NCBI RefSeq assembly: GCF_009914755.1
Contig: NC_060932.1
Reading direction: 5' to 3' (one strand)
Origin: the human T2T-CHM13v2.0 reference genome, Homo sapiens
Length of the DNA: 64,000 nt
Part shown: positions 30,251 through 45,315 of the stretch, one piece after another
How positions within the stretch are numbered: position 1 is the first letter of the stretch
How the letters are laid out: every line of letters begins with the position of its first letter
Position numbers and translations under genes: made by a program
Notes under the pieces: model-generated
Database searches by the model: none
Seen by the model: the letters and a program-made list of their open reading frames with translations, nothing else
What the model was told of the DNA's origin: nothing

Positions 30251-30485
30251 ATTATTGAGATAATTATGAATTCACATGCAGTTGTAAGAAATAGTCCAAG
30301 GAGATTCCTTATATACTTTGCCAAGTTCCCCACAATGGTTACCAATTTGTAAAACTGTGGTATAATATCACAACCAAGATAGTGACATTTATGCCATATA
30401 CCTATCTTATTCTAATTTTTTTCAGTTTTGCTTATACTTGTTTGTCTATGAGTGTGTGTGAATGTATGTGCATGTTGAATCTGTA
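30251..30485 (-). mobile_element. L1MC 3' end fragment
   Basis: attcacatgcagttgtaagaaata...tataatatcacaaccaagata. Confidence 0.75.
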
Positions 30486-30689
30486 ATTTTAAAAATAACT
30501 TCTTGTTCTCAGGAAGTCAAGGTGGGTCATTAGGTTGTTACTAGTATCCAAAAAGATGTTTACTTGCTGTTTAAAGTGAACATTGAAATGCATAATTAAA
30601 GGCAATACAAGATCTTAGTGATATTAATAGACTGTTTAGTTTGATTTGCATTTCCATGATGAGAAGTTAAATTAAAATCTCCTGGATTA

Positions 30690-30977
<288 letters not shown>

Positions 30978-33807
30978 TAACATAGAATCATAAATTTAGT
31001 ATCCCAGGGGAATTTAATCATATGGGCTCTTCCTGACTCAACATGGATTACATAAAATCAAATCTCTCTCTTTTTAAAAATCATTTCCTTATTTCTATAT
31101 TTGTAAGGAATTAAACCAATTGGAAGAGTATTAAAAAGGATCTTTAGTCTTCTGATTTTTAAGTGATGTATCTTTTCTTTCATTTATTACTTTCATGTCA
31201 TCTTATCCTGTATAATTTAAGTCATCCTATATATTTTTGCAAATACTATCTTTCCTCCTTCTGTCCCTCCATTCCTTCCTTCTTTTGTGTATTCAAGTAG
31301 TATTTATTAAATCCTTCATTTTATTCCAGGCGTAATACTACATCTTAGGAACAACTTATTATTAGACATGATACTTTCCGTCATGAACCACATAACTTGG
31401 GTATAGTTGGCCAGACCTTAACGTTGACATTAGTCAGGCATGCACACACACATACATGCACACGCATGCTACAGTGCTGTAGATACTCTGATGGACGTTA
31501 GTGGGAAGGTAAATGGAAGACATGAACAATTCTAACTGAAGATGGCTGGTTATCAAAAGGTGTTTTGGAGGCCTGCCTTTTGATATCAGTTTGTTGATAC
31601 TATACACACTATTTCCATATTGAGTTATAAAACTAGGAGCCTTTAGTTTTCTCAAATTAGTAAAATGCTGAAATAAAATAAAATATTACAAAATAAATTT
31701 CTTAATAATAGGATCACAAAAGCCTTAGTAGAATGAACAATTTAGAGAATGGTCAGTTCTAGTATGGGTGTTAGAATATTTATAAAATAAATGAAGATTT
31801 GTCACCTTTATTTCATACAGTAGAATATATTTACGACTAACAGTATTCTACATGAGGTCAGGTGCGCATTGCCATGATTTGTAATTGGAGTCTTCCTTAC
31901 CCTCCCCTAATGATGTTGGCTTTTTCTTCCCTTGTAATTGATTGTGTGTTTGTAAATTAATTTCTCTTAAGTGCTTTAGAATTTATTCTATTAAGTAGTC
32001 TCATTTCAAATCTTGTTTATATTATTCTCTTGCTTCTACCTCCTGTTTTAAACTTCAGCTCTGGCCCTGCCACCTTGATAATAATTTCATGCAACAAAGC
32101 TGAAACTGAAAAGGTTTTACTGTAATTTGATGTTCTGAAGAAAAGGAGGTCTAATGGTTCATGTAGTTGTGATTAAATATAAAGGTGGAAGTGTTTGCTT
32201 CTTCATGGACACAAGTTGGGTTTGCAGTATTGATTTAATAATCTTCAGCTGAGCAAAATTACTTAAGAAAAGTGACCCCCCAAATGCAAGATGATTACAG
32301 GGCCAGAAGCAAAGGTGATGCTCATTACATGTTTGTTCAGCAAATGAATAAATACATGGAGTGGTGAGAACTAAATTCCACATGTTCGTACACAGCTTGT
32401 TCATGGAACCATCTTTTTTATATATCATGGATTGGTAATAAGCAATGGTAAATACATTCATTGTGTAGTAGCCTTGATTTGCTTTTACTTTGTTGGCTTT
32501 GAGAAGTCAAAAGGGTGGATTAATAATTTACATTAAAAATGTTATTTTTTCCTGAGGATATGCTTTATTTAGGTTTAACATCCTTGGTTTAGAAGCTGAA
32601 ATTATTAGAATGACAAAAATCATGATGATGATGATGTCAATAATATCTGCATTTTCACAGGATCCTAAGGAATAACCTTTGATTTTGATAGAGATATTTG
32701 TAAGTGTGAGGAGCTATAGTAATTAATATTTTTGAAAAAATAGTGGAGGAAATGCCTGTTTATATTTGAAACACTGCCAATTTTCCCATCAAGAAATTAG
32801 GATTGTCCCTGACTTTTTAATGTAATTGTCCATTATACATTTAATCATTGTTATTTGGTAGATCAGTGTTTGTTCAGAACTTCTGTTTTTTTGTAGTAGC
32901 CATCTCTCATGTAAGTTGGTGACTGTTGCTCTTCCTTAATCTTTATCAACTCTTCTCTCCCACATTGCCACCTATCTAACTGCAGTAATTTTATTCAAAG
33001 TGTTCTATTGAGTTAGAAAGAAAAAGGAGGTAATATATAAATCTACACTAAATAACTTAGAAAATATAAGGACTATATTCTCAAAAAATTAAGATTGTGC
33101 TAATTAATAAAGATGCTTTTGCTTCCATTTTGGTGGCTTACCATGGGCATTATTTTATTTCTTAATTGCTCCTCCTAAGTTTGTTGTGAAAGTGAGACCA
33201 CATAGATAAAGAACTCAATATAATGTCTGCTATATTATAAGTACTTAGTAAATGCTGTAAGTTTTATCTTCATTATTTTAAAATTGAGAAGAATTGAGGA
33301 AGGAAATGGAAAAAAATCTAATGGCAGCCAGTAAGATGAATAAACATTTTCCATTGTTTTAAATATGGTTGTGCAAGTATTTTTTTTTACTAATGCATAA
33401 GTGCATTCCTTATTTTCTCCTTTCTGGAACTCTATAATATCAGGATAATGTCAGTGGAGCAGTTAATCCTGGTTATCTAGAAATGGAATGGGTGACCCAC
33501 CTTTGATGTTGCCCTTTACAGCCACATACCTCTGCCTGGCTTAGCTATAAAGTAGGAAGTACCAGTGTGGGGCTACTGTGGGCTGAATGTCTCCATTACC
33601 TTTGGGGGTAGAATCAGCTCTGGGAGCTCTGTTCCTGTTTCCTTTTGGATTCAGTATGATCTTTTCTGCCTCCCTTTTTCTTCACCTGGAATGAAAGTGG
33701 TTCTAGGTGAAGGCTAGTACTAGATTGGCTAATTGCGATTATCAAGCAAATCTGCATGTTGAACGAGACTAGTTTTTATCCATATGTTTTATTTTCGTCT
33801 TTATTTA

Positions 33808-34189
<382 letters not shown>

Positions 34190-34776
34190 TTATACTGAGT
34201 CCTTTATCTATGTGGTCTCATGTTCATGACAAACTTAGGAGGATCAGTTAGGAAATTAAATTGATTCCACGGCAAGTAGCAACCAGTCGAAGGATCCAGA
34301 GTAAATATAAGCTAGTAGTGCTCAAGATGGTTAGCAAAGTTTTTCTAATATGGTCTGAATTATTGAATCCTAGGAGTATATAATTCCCACTTTTAATGAT
34401 TTATGAAATCAATATAAGAATCTATAAAATTTACTTTAATAATGTCTCATATATTTTCTCCTTATTATCTACATATACAGTTCTTTTCCAGAATAAAAGT
34501 ATCACAGTTTCCCTTTTTTTGGGGAGGAGGTCAGATTCATCATATCAGAAAATATAAAATTAGGACATTCATGTATCTGGTGGAGGACAAAATATTATAG
34601 ATGGTTATTATAAATTGAAAGTAAGGTGCTCAAGCCTGTGTTCTTTGCAATGGCAAATCATTATGTTTACTCTAGCTAAGAATTGTGCATAATGATTTCC
34701 ATATTGCTGTGCCTATTCCACTTCAACTCTACTCTTGCTATACATTTTCTACTTTATTCTGGATAACTGATATTTA

Positions 34777-35127
<351 letters not shown>

Positions 35128-35261
35128 TTAAAGAAAGCTATACTTTAAATTCGTGGTTTTACTTAAGTCAGTGACTGTACAGAGGAAATCAGATGTAAGT
35201 GATATATTAACATATTTTGGTAAGTCATCTTTACATTTATACCTATCTTCTTTAGAAACAA

Positions 35262-35370
35262 AAAGATGTTTTGACAGATATACATAATTTCAAACATAAT
35301 TTCTATCTTCTGATACAAAGATGTTTTGACAGATATACATAATTTCAAACATAATTTCTATCTTCTGATA
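35262..35370. repeat. Perfect tandem duplication, period 55 bp, 2 copies
   Basis: aaagatgttttgacagatatacataatttcaaacataatttctatcttctgata at 35262 and 35317. Confidence 0.95.
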
Positions 35371-37034
35371 TTATTTATTAAAGTTTTTGGTGTTCGTAAG
35401 CAACATCTACCCATTTGCATGATGCAGTTTTACAAATATCCTTTAAATGTAATAACTTTTTGGCTATGTAAGTATTCTGATATATAGTCATGAAACAATA
35501 AAAATGATTTTAACCATGTGAAGTTTTGGTTTTTTTTTTTAAAGAAAAGCAGTTGACTTCTTGCATCACATAGGTAATTTATATAATTGTGGTCGTTTCT
35601 GAGTGTCTGATTCTGCTTTCAGACATCACACCATTAGTTCTGAATGTGCTCATTCAGAACTTCACCAAGTAGATCATAGGAATAAGTGGTGAAAAGAAAC
35701 TCTTTGATTGTTAGGAACTATACACTGAGAGGACATGATAAATATACTCACCTCTCTGACCTTTAGTGCTGGAGGCGATAACTTTCAGGATCCTTATATT
35801 AATTTCAGGAGTTCATGTGAAATTATCAAAAAAGAGCAAAGTAAGTTTTTCTAATAAGAAAAATATTTTATAAGAGTAATATAATTTAAGTTAAAAGCAA
35901 TTTAAAAGTCATTTTCCAATAATTTTTAGACTATTTTGTCCAAAATTAACATGTTTACAATATTGAACGACAGAAACTCTTACCATCAGTTATGATTTCA
36001 TGGTCTTAAAACTGTTTTTTTTTACAACAAATTCCAGCAATTTGTTCCATCCAATCTGGCAGTGATTTTTATCTCAAGGCAACGTTCTCTCATTCATTAA
36101 ACCTCTGCCTTACAATTTTATTGTAACATAACAAATGTGTTAAAATGCTTGACATTCTATTTGTTCATTTTTTGAAGACATTCTTTCTGATTTCTTAAAG
36201 GAAAAAGATGGTGTATATTGCTTTAGTCCTTTGCCAATCCTCCCTCTGAGATGCCATTCCTGATTTCTCCAGGTTGCCTTAGGAGATTTTTTTCCTTACT
36301 GGTAAAATTTTATCTTATACCTTCAGCAAACACTTGTTATATTAGGTCGTAATTATCTCACCATTAGAGTAAGTCACATAAGGAAAAAGTCCACATTAGA
36401 TTCATTTTACATCTTCAGTATTCAGCATTGTGACTGGCATTGTAAGTGTTTAACAAATAATTTTGAATGAGTAAATATGTATTTAAGTAAAGTTCAGCTG
36501 GATATGATTTTATGAACAAAATAGTCCTGGGAATAGTACTGTCTTCAGAAGTCTGATACATGGTGGGCTATTGTAGGTCTATTGATCACACCCCAAATAA
36601 GCATATGTAAGGATTCTCTGTTAGGACCACTCCACAGCAAGAAACTATGCTCATGAGTGATAATATCAGCTTTCCTTCCTTCATTTCCTCCTCCTCTTCT
36701 TCTTCAAAATCTGCCATCTCTATACTCTATATTCATGTTGGAAAGGGAAAGATCCAGGGAAAGTGAGAGAAAGGAGAGGAGAAGACAGAGAAGAAGAATA
36801 ACATATATATGGAACATATTTATAGTTAGCTTACTGGGCATGCTGAATGTGTGATATAGATGTATTTTACAAGTTGGTTAAAGCGAGGGCATGAGATTTT
36901 CTAGTTTGCAGTAGCTATGTACAATTTTGCATCAGGTCATTTCTGGAGAAAATGCTATCAATGCAAATGAAAAGATGGGGAGTCGTTTTGGTGTCCTTTA
37001 CACTTGTTATTCTTGGGAAGAAAAGCTCACAAAT

Positions 37035-37473
37035 CTTCTCTCCCTCCCTCCCTCCCTCCCATCTTCCTTCCTTCCTTCCTTCCTTCCTTCCTTCCTTCCT
37101 TCCTTCCTTCCTTCCTTCCTTTCTTCCTTCCATCCTTCGTTCCTTCTTTCCTTCCTCTATCTCTCTCTCTCTCTCTTTTTTTTTTAATTGAGACAGGGGC
37201 TCACTCTGTTTTCCAGAGTGAAGGGCAGTGGCACAATAACCGTTCACTGTAGCCTCCAACTCCTGGGCTTAAGCGATCCCCCAGTCTCAACTTCCCAAGT
37301 AGCAGGGACCACAGGCACAAGCCACGATGTCTGGCTAATTTTTTGTATTTTTTTTGTAGAGATATGGTCTCACTATGTGACCATGCTGTTCTCAAACTCC
37401 TGGGCTCACACAATTCTCCTGCCTTGGCCTCCCAAAGCACTGGGATTACAGACATGAGCCATTGCACCCAGCC
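37035..37473 (-). mobile_element. AluJ-like element with (CCTT)n/(CT)n tail-associated microsatellite (37035-37185)
   Basis: Tetranucleotide repeat contiguous with antisense Alu. Confidence 0.92.
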
Positions 37474-40389
37474 TAAATGTATCATTTCTTAGGCTAGTAA
37501 TGCATAATATAATGTCATTTAGTGCTTATTCTTCAGAGAAAATATTTAGTTATTAAATATACTAAAATACAACATTGAAAGTCTGACTATCAGGTGGAGA
37601 GAGGGGACTTCATTGTCTTAAACCAATGAATCTTACTAGCTTTCTTCTTTCTGAAATTTTTGGGACAGAAATGTAAAATGTTTTGTGAACTCTGACACTC
37701 ACATCATAAGCTTGCCACCCTTAGCCCTGTGATGCTTTCACAGTGTTTTGTTTGTTTAATCTTTCCTACCACCTTACCTCCTTCAAAACTCACCCTGTGG
37801 CCCCGTCCTTCAGGCACTCACATTCTGCTTTCCAAATTGACTGGCAGCTAATCTTATAAATGAATCCACTCTAATGGCTGCTGATATGATAGTGGGTTTG
37901 AGGTCAATCCTTCCACCTAGTTAAGTTGTTACATTTTTTTGAAACAAGCAGTGTGATAAAATATGAAAGGGTCAGAAAACCAGAATTGGAGTCCTGGTAT
38001 CACTACTAATTTTGTAACTTAAATCAGTCATTTTAGCTTTGAGCCCTAGCCCAATCAATATGATGATAAAAATTATACCTACTCTTTTTACTTCCTATAG
38101 CCCTACCAGGTAGAAAGCATTGTGGAGATATCTAGAAAGTTGCATGTAGGGAGAGAAAATACGTACAAATCACTCTTATAAGGAAGAAAGTGATGAAATG
38201 TATTAGAGTAAAAAATCACATACTTTGGGAATTCAACAGGAGCAATCACCTCTGAACTTCTGACAAGGAGAGGCTGTGTGAATCAGGGAAGTGTTCACCA
38301 GAGAATGGCAGATAGACTTCAAAGGATAGCTAGGGTTGAAACAAAACACTAATGATGGGTACTTCAATAAATACACCACACAGCTGAAGCCTCCAGAACA
38401 TAGCAAGACTGAGTATGTACTGCACTGAAAACACAGAGTGTCAAGGAGTCTGCTTTTGGGTAAATGCTTCTCATCAGTTATGTGTAACTTAAGAATATAT
38501 GCAACCGTGAAGATATGCGATTGTTAATCAGAGACTCCAGAATGACTAGGAAATGGCTGCAGCATTCTTCAGCTTTAAAAAGGATACTTTTGGAGGTATT
38601 TTCTGAAATGAATAATATTTTCAACAATATAAATTCAAACTGTAGAAATAAGCAACTTTGTGCCAAATTATAGCCTATAAGTGAGATCTTTCTATCGACT
38701 AAGGCATTTTTAAAGTAAATAAATATATAGTATGTTTATTGAAGATGCCACACTGTAAGAGAATTTAGTGCGTGGCACAGTTAACACTTTAATGTTTAGT
38801 ACTGCATAGGACTTATTCTCCTAAATTTTGGGATCTGCATCACAGTTTCATAACATATTTAGATATTATTTGAAGTGTGCTGGCAGTAGTATTGAACTCA
38901 AGGAATGAACTCAAGTATCCTAGGGTCTATATTCATTGGTTATATGTTACATTTTTATTTCTTTATGGTTCTGTTTTCCACTCTATTTTTGAACAAACTC
39001 TTTTTAAAGACACATGGTACTTGTTATACTTGTTCTCTGAATAAAAATTTAAAAATCTGTAATGGAATTCTACTTCAGACCAGTCTTCTGAACATTTCTA
39101 TTAGGGAATGAGAGTACCTCACAGTGTAGTATGAGCTCCCTGGGTTAGACTGAAAGGTTTCAAAGTAATGCTTTTATTTTTCCCTTGTCATTTATTCATC
39201 TGTCAAATCATTCTGCCATCCTTTGGTTTTATAATTTTGTGACCTAAAAAATCACCTCTCCACTCCCAGCTGGAACCTCCTGAAGATCTTTACTTCCAGG
39301 CAAAACTCATTCTAATCACAACTGAAGTCTAACAATATTTACCTGTCAAAGCTTATCAGTATATTTCCTTTCATCTCCAACTATACAATCTCATCATGTT
39401 ACAATACATGACCATATCTTGGTTTGTTATAGATATCAAGCTAACACAGGATCTAGCACGTCTACAAACAAACAAGTATATGTGATTGTTAAATATCAGC
39501 AATGACTTGTGATAAGTTCTCTTATAAGTGAATTATCTTCTTCTAAATTAACGACAGCAGCCTATGAAAAGCAGGCAGTTTTAACAGACTACGTGTTGAC
39601 TAAATAAATAAATAAATGATGTTGATTGACTAAATTTAGTGCCATAAATATCAATGAGTTCTATTGATGTTCTTTAAAAATTATTTCTTCCTATCTTGTC
39701 ATCGGACAGGATCAATAGTTGATTTTTATCTTGTTTCTTCTTTGGAGTTTTTCCTCCTGGAGAAAAACACACCTTCTCTGACCTGTACTCTTCATGGACG
39801 GACCTTTCTGTGGCCCTCCAGCTGGTAGACTGACTTTTAGCTGCTGCACATCCCACTGCTGTTTCCTGTGCTTGCTAGCCAAGTCCTCTTACTTCCAAGA
39901 TGATACCCCCACTAACTGGAGCTCCCAAAACATAACCTTCCTCTGTTTCTTCACATTTGGATCAGGAAGTAGTATCAGGTCAGCTGTGACACGGGATGTT
40001 GTCTAGAAGGTCAGGGAAGGTTTCTGGCAGCAAAGAAGCACACTGTGCCAGGCTTCTTGAGCGAAAGAGTGGTGACCTGCTCCCTCCCACTCAACTTCCA
40101 GCAGCTGAAAAGTCTCCAACGACCACAGCTCCACCTTCTAATGACTTTTCCGAACATTTGCAAGAGCTAGTCACACTCCAGGTGAATATTTTCAGACACC
40201 TGGGATGGGCTGTTTCTTCCTGTTTCTTTGTTCATATATTCATATAAAAAGACTTTAGAGCAAAGCGCAGAATATGGCAATTTCTTTCTCCCAACCTTGA
40301 ACATGGCCTCTGAATATAAAACTTATTTTGTATGCAGTGATGTAAGTGAAGGTCTTCTAGTTATTTCATGGTGGGTTTTTCAGATGTTC

Positions 40390-40687
40390 TTTTTTTTTTT
40401 TTTTTTTTTTAAAGACAGGATCTGGCTCTGTCACCCAGGCTGGAGTGCAGTGGCACACCTGTAGTCCTTGATCCCCCCCGGGCTCAAGCAATCCTCCCAC
40501 CTTAGCCTCCTGAGTAGCTGGGACTACAAGCTCATGCCACTACACCTGGCTAATTTTTATATTTTTTTGTAAAGACAGGGTTTTGCCATGTTGCCCAGGC
40601 TGGTCTTGAACTCCTGAGCTCAAGCAATCCACCCTCCTTGGCCTCACAAATTGCTGGGATTACAGACGTGAACCATTGTACCCAGCC
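40390..40687 (-). mobile_element. AluJ-like element
   Basis: Poly-T plus antisense body. Confidence 0.93.
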
Positions 40688-43600
40688 CATGGTGTTGTTT
40701 TTAAAAACACTTAGAATTTTCTGTTTCATTACCAATAATATTACTGCCTACCCACATATTTCGTCTTCTCTATTTCTCTATAATAAAAATGACAATTGGA
40801 AAGTTTCAATGGTCCTTAAGATAGAAAGAATAACCTGTCTCAGAATAAATCCTTAAGACCAGCCAGAATAATAAGGTAAAAGGTTCCTGAGTTTGTAATA
40901 TATGTCAATATTTGGTAGCATATAAATGTAAATTTGCTTCTTATATGATGCTGTACACATTGATTTCTATGACTTTTTAGAAACTATAGCCAAAGAGAGC
41001 ATTTTGCATTCTTGAGAAATACAGTAATTTTACTCTAGGTTTTAGACCATTCCAGTGTGTTGTGTTAGAGTTTTTAGGTACTGAATTCATCGCATGAAAA
41101 GGGAATGTTTCTATTTTGCCACCACCATTATGTTATCTTTTCCAGTGCAATTACAAGCTAATTCAGTGCTCTTTGTGTTGGACTAATAGCTTCTGATTTG
41201 CTGCTGTCACCCAGTACCTCCTCATGCTCTTTTAATACCATCTGCAGTGCCCCCAGCACTTACCTAGGGTGAGCATTTTTCTCTAAGTAGAGACTCATCT
41301 TTGGCAAATCATTAATGGAACATCAAAAAGATCCCATCTGTTAGAGTTACATATGGCTAAGATCAGAATTATCAAGTATCTCATTTTTTCTTTATTCCCT
41401 TTTTCTTTTTTTCCTTTCTTATCCACACAATAAATGTAGTTGTCAGCAGGATAAGTTCATGCGCCGGATAAGGTCACAATTTCATTTAGTGACAACTTCC
41501 AACAGTAGGAACTTACAAGGTTCGATTTATTAAAGAGTCAGAAGGGATAAGATCACTGCATGGCCAGCCTGATTTATCAGGGTTTGACTAGAGTACTTGA
41601 ATAGGGAACGTCGTATTTCAAGTTTATGTTCAAAACTGTAGTTTAGTATTTGTTGTGACTGTATGACTCAAACATTGAGAAGGAAAATTAGAAAAAGTAT
41701 CTCTATAAGGCAATTTGTAGTCACCAACCAAGAACTATCATTTCCTGAGCCAAACCATGCTTAGAGATGGATCAATATAGCATAATATAAATGGTGCTAT
41801 TTGTCTCAAAATGCAGATGAAACATGGTTATTAATGCCTGAGGAAACACACATAATGGAAAGACTGCAGTTTGGCTGTGAAGATAATCAGCAGTGAAATG
41901 ATCTAACCCTCTTAGGTATCTGGCAGGCAGCTGTCAAATGGTTAAACCATAAAATAGCAAGAGCTCTGCCATACTTCAGCCACCTTGGCTGACTTTGAAA
42001 ATGTTTTGAGATTTTTAGAATCTTTGAGTGCTTTTTGAACTCAGCATGACTTCGGGGCTGTCCATGTTTGATACCATGATGTATAATGTCTTCCAACCAT
42101 GAAGAAAATATAAATATGGGTTCTGACGCTATAGCCTTCTGCTATACTATGGCCTGATAAATATTGTGAGCTAATTCATGTGGTCTGCTTTAAAATTTGG
42201 TTGTATATTTAAAACCAAGTTCAAACCAATCCGAATTGTATTTTCAGCAAATGCAATATGATCTTCTGTCATCTCATTTACTTGCAGCTATGTCCTATGA
42301 AATCTGAGCCTTGAGTTAAGGGTCGTTCTGTAATTACCTTATATGTTTATATCATCAACTTAATGGTGAATTCAGGTGAAGCATGATTGCTGGTAACTAT
42401 TCTAAAAGACTCATATCTGTCTGTTCCCCTTTGGTGTGCTACTATGTTCATATCCTTTGCTTTCTAAAGAGGCATCAAAAAGACCATATTAAAAAAATAC
42501 AATGTCTTGATAGCACTTTCAAAGAAAAAATATTTGAGGGTGTCTCTGGTGATTTTAAGTATTTCTCTCCACCAGTGAATTTCTTTTATTTAGGCCAAAA
42601 AGTGGGTTGATATTTTAAAAAGCTGTGGGATGTTTGGTAGTGATTTCTGACTTAGGGCCTTTTTTTTTTTAAGTTAAGCTATCATAAGTCTTTGAGTAAT
42701 CACAGACTTTTAAAAGTATGCATTATCAAGAAGATAAGAGAAACAGCCCTGAGCACTAACAATATTATCTTTTACCAAAATTGATTAGTCCGTCCTATAT
42801 GCCTCAAATATTTTCTGTGAACTTACCCAGCATGTTAAAAAATCAGGCTTCTTTTTGAAGAATAACTGCAAAAATATGAACTGGGCAGAGAAGAACATTT
42901 TTTATTTTTTTATCCCACTCCGTATTCTATAGATGAGGTAATGTATGTGAACGCATTACATAGAAGGTTGAACAAGTGAAATGGATGCTTGTTGTAATAC
43001 AAAGAGCAGACACATATTAAGACAACTCTCTTTTGTCTCCAAAAATCAACTTCAATTGTACTAAAATTGAGATACGTCGTATCATCAAGATTTTCATCCC
43101 ATCAATTGTGTTCCATTTGTATTTTTCAAATATCATGTGTCACAAACTCTATTAATTACCAGGGAATAAACAGAATTATTAAAGAAATTTGTAGATTAAA
43201 ATGTTTATGTTTCTGTTGAGGTGAACTACATTATCAAGGAGAAACCTACTAGGGAATAATTTAATGCAAAACTGTATGATATTGGACTATAAATGCAATG
43301 GGAGTATTAGGGAAGAAAAATTCGGTTTTCTCTAGAATTCAGAGAAGGTGCATGAAGGAGAATAGCTTTGGGCTTGACCTTGCAACATTAAAAGGGTCTA
43401 TTAAGGCAGGCAGAAATAGGATGTGTCTGCCAGATAGCGGGAACCATTCTCAGAAAGTTATGGGGGAGCTAAACTGGAGATGAGGAGGAATGGAAGGAGA
43501 AGAAGGCTTTTTTGACTGGAGGGAAGAACACATTTGGGAGAGCAGTAGAACGCAAGAGTCAGGCAAATACTGTGGAGCAGTATCAGTGGTATTAAAATTC

Positions 43601-43969
43601 AGGCAGATATGTTCAATTTGGGATGGCCAAGAAGTAGCTAGTGAAGGAACTTGCATAAATGGGTAACATGATGAAAGTGGAGTTTTAATCAGTTTATCCT
43701 GGCAGAGATTTGAAACCTGAATTGGAGCTGTAGAATGAATTGAGGCTGGTGGGTTGTCTACATCTGAGTTGATGAAAACCTTAAAAATGCTGATAAGAAG
43801 GGTGAATCCAACAGCCAATGGAAAAGAAAATTAGTCAGGATATGAGGAGTGATTTGGATAAAGGTGACAAAGAGGGCACGTGACCACAAGCAGACATCAA
43901 TGAATGGTTGGATGTGATAATGGAAGTATATGGACATGCTCTTAGAATTCTTCAATTTCTTTTTGGTGA

Positions 43970-44600
<631 letters not shown>

Positions 44601-44609
44601 TCTAGTTCT

Positions 44610-45315
44610 TTTCTTACTTTCATAAATTTTCAGATTCCTTGATTGATTCCCCTCTCCTTCAAATTCTCAATCAACCCCTTGGTGTCTATGGTACTATATC
44701 CAATTTCTTTTCTATGTCTCTTGCCAATTCTCCTAAAGTTTCTATGCCTATTCCTGCATCACTATGCCTTTGAAGGTCTTTAGAATTCTGTCCTAGGTCT
44801 TCTTATTTATCATGATATACTCTTTAATCCTATGGCTTGTATTACCATATACAAGGTGGTTTTAATTACTGAATAAATGCCAAGACCTTGCTTCTAGTTA
44901 AGACCTTGCTTCTGGGCCCCAGGCCTATACTTGCCTACCTAAAATCACCTATTGCCTTCTTTATAGCTACTTTAATATCAACATTACCAAACTATAACTC
45001 CTTATTTTACTCTTAATTCTTGCTTTTCTGTGTTCTTCTGTCTCAACAGGAACATGGCCATTGGCTCATGTGCCTAAGTGAGATACCTGTGTAACATTCT
45101 AGGATTCTCTCTGCCCTAAGTTCTAAAATCTGAACAATCACTAAGTTCTATGACTTTTACTTCCCAAGCCATATGGATTTTATTTCATGGATTCATCCAG
45201 GTTCAGGCTTGTTTTGTTTTTTGCTTTATTCTTTGGCCTAACACACTGTCTGGTACTTATTTATAAGTACCAATAAATATTTATAAAATAAATGAATGAA
45301 TAAACGAATGAATGA
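44610..45315 (+). mobile_element. L2 fragment(s) including 3' end
   Basis: Pyrimidine-rich L2-like sequence ending caataaatattt...aatgaatgaat. Confidence 0.55.
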
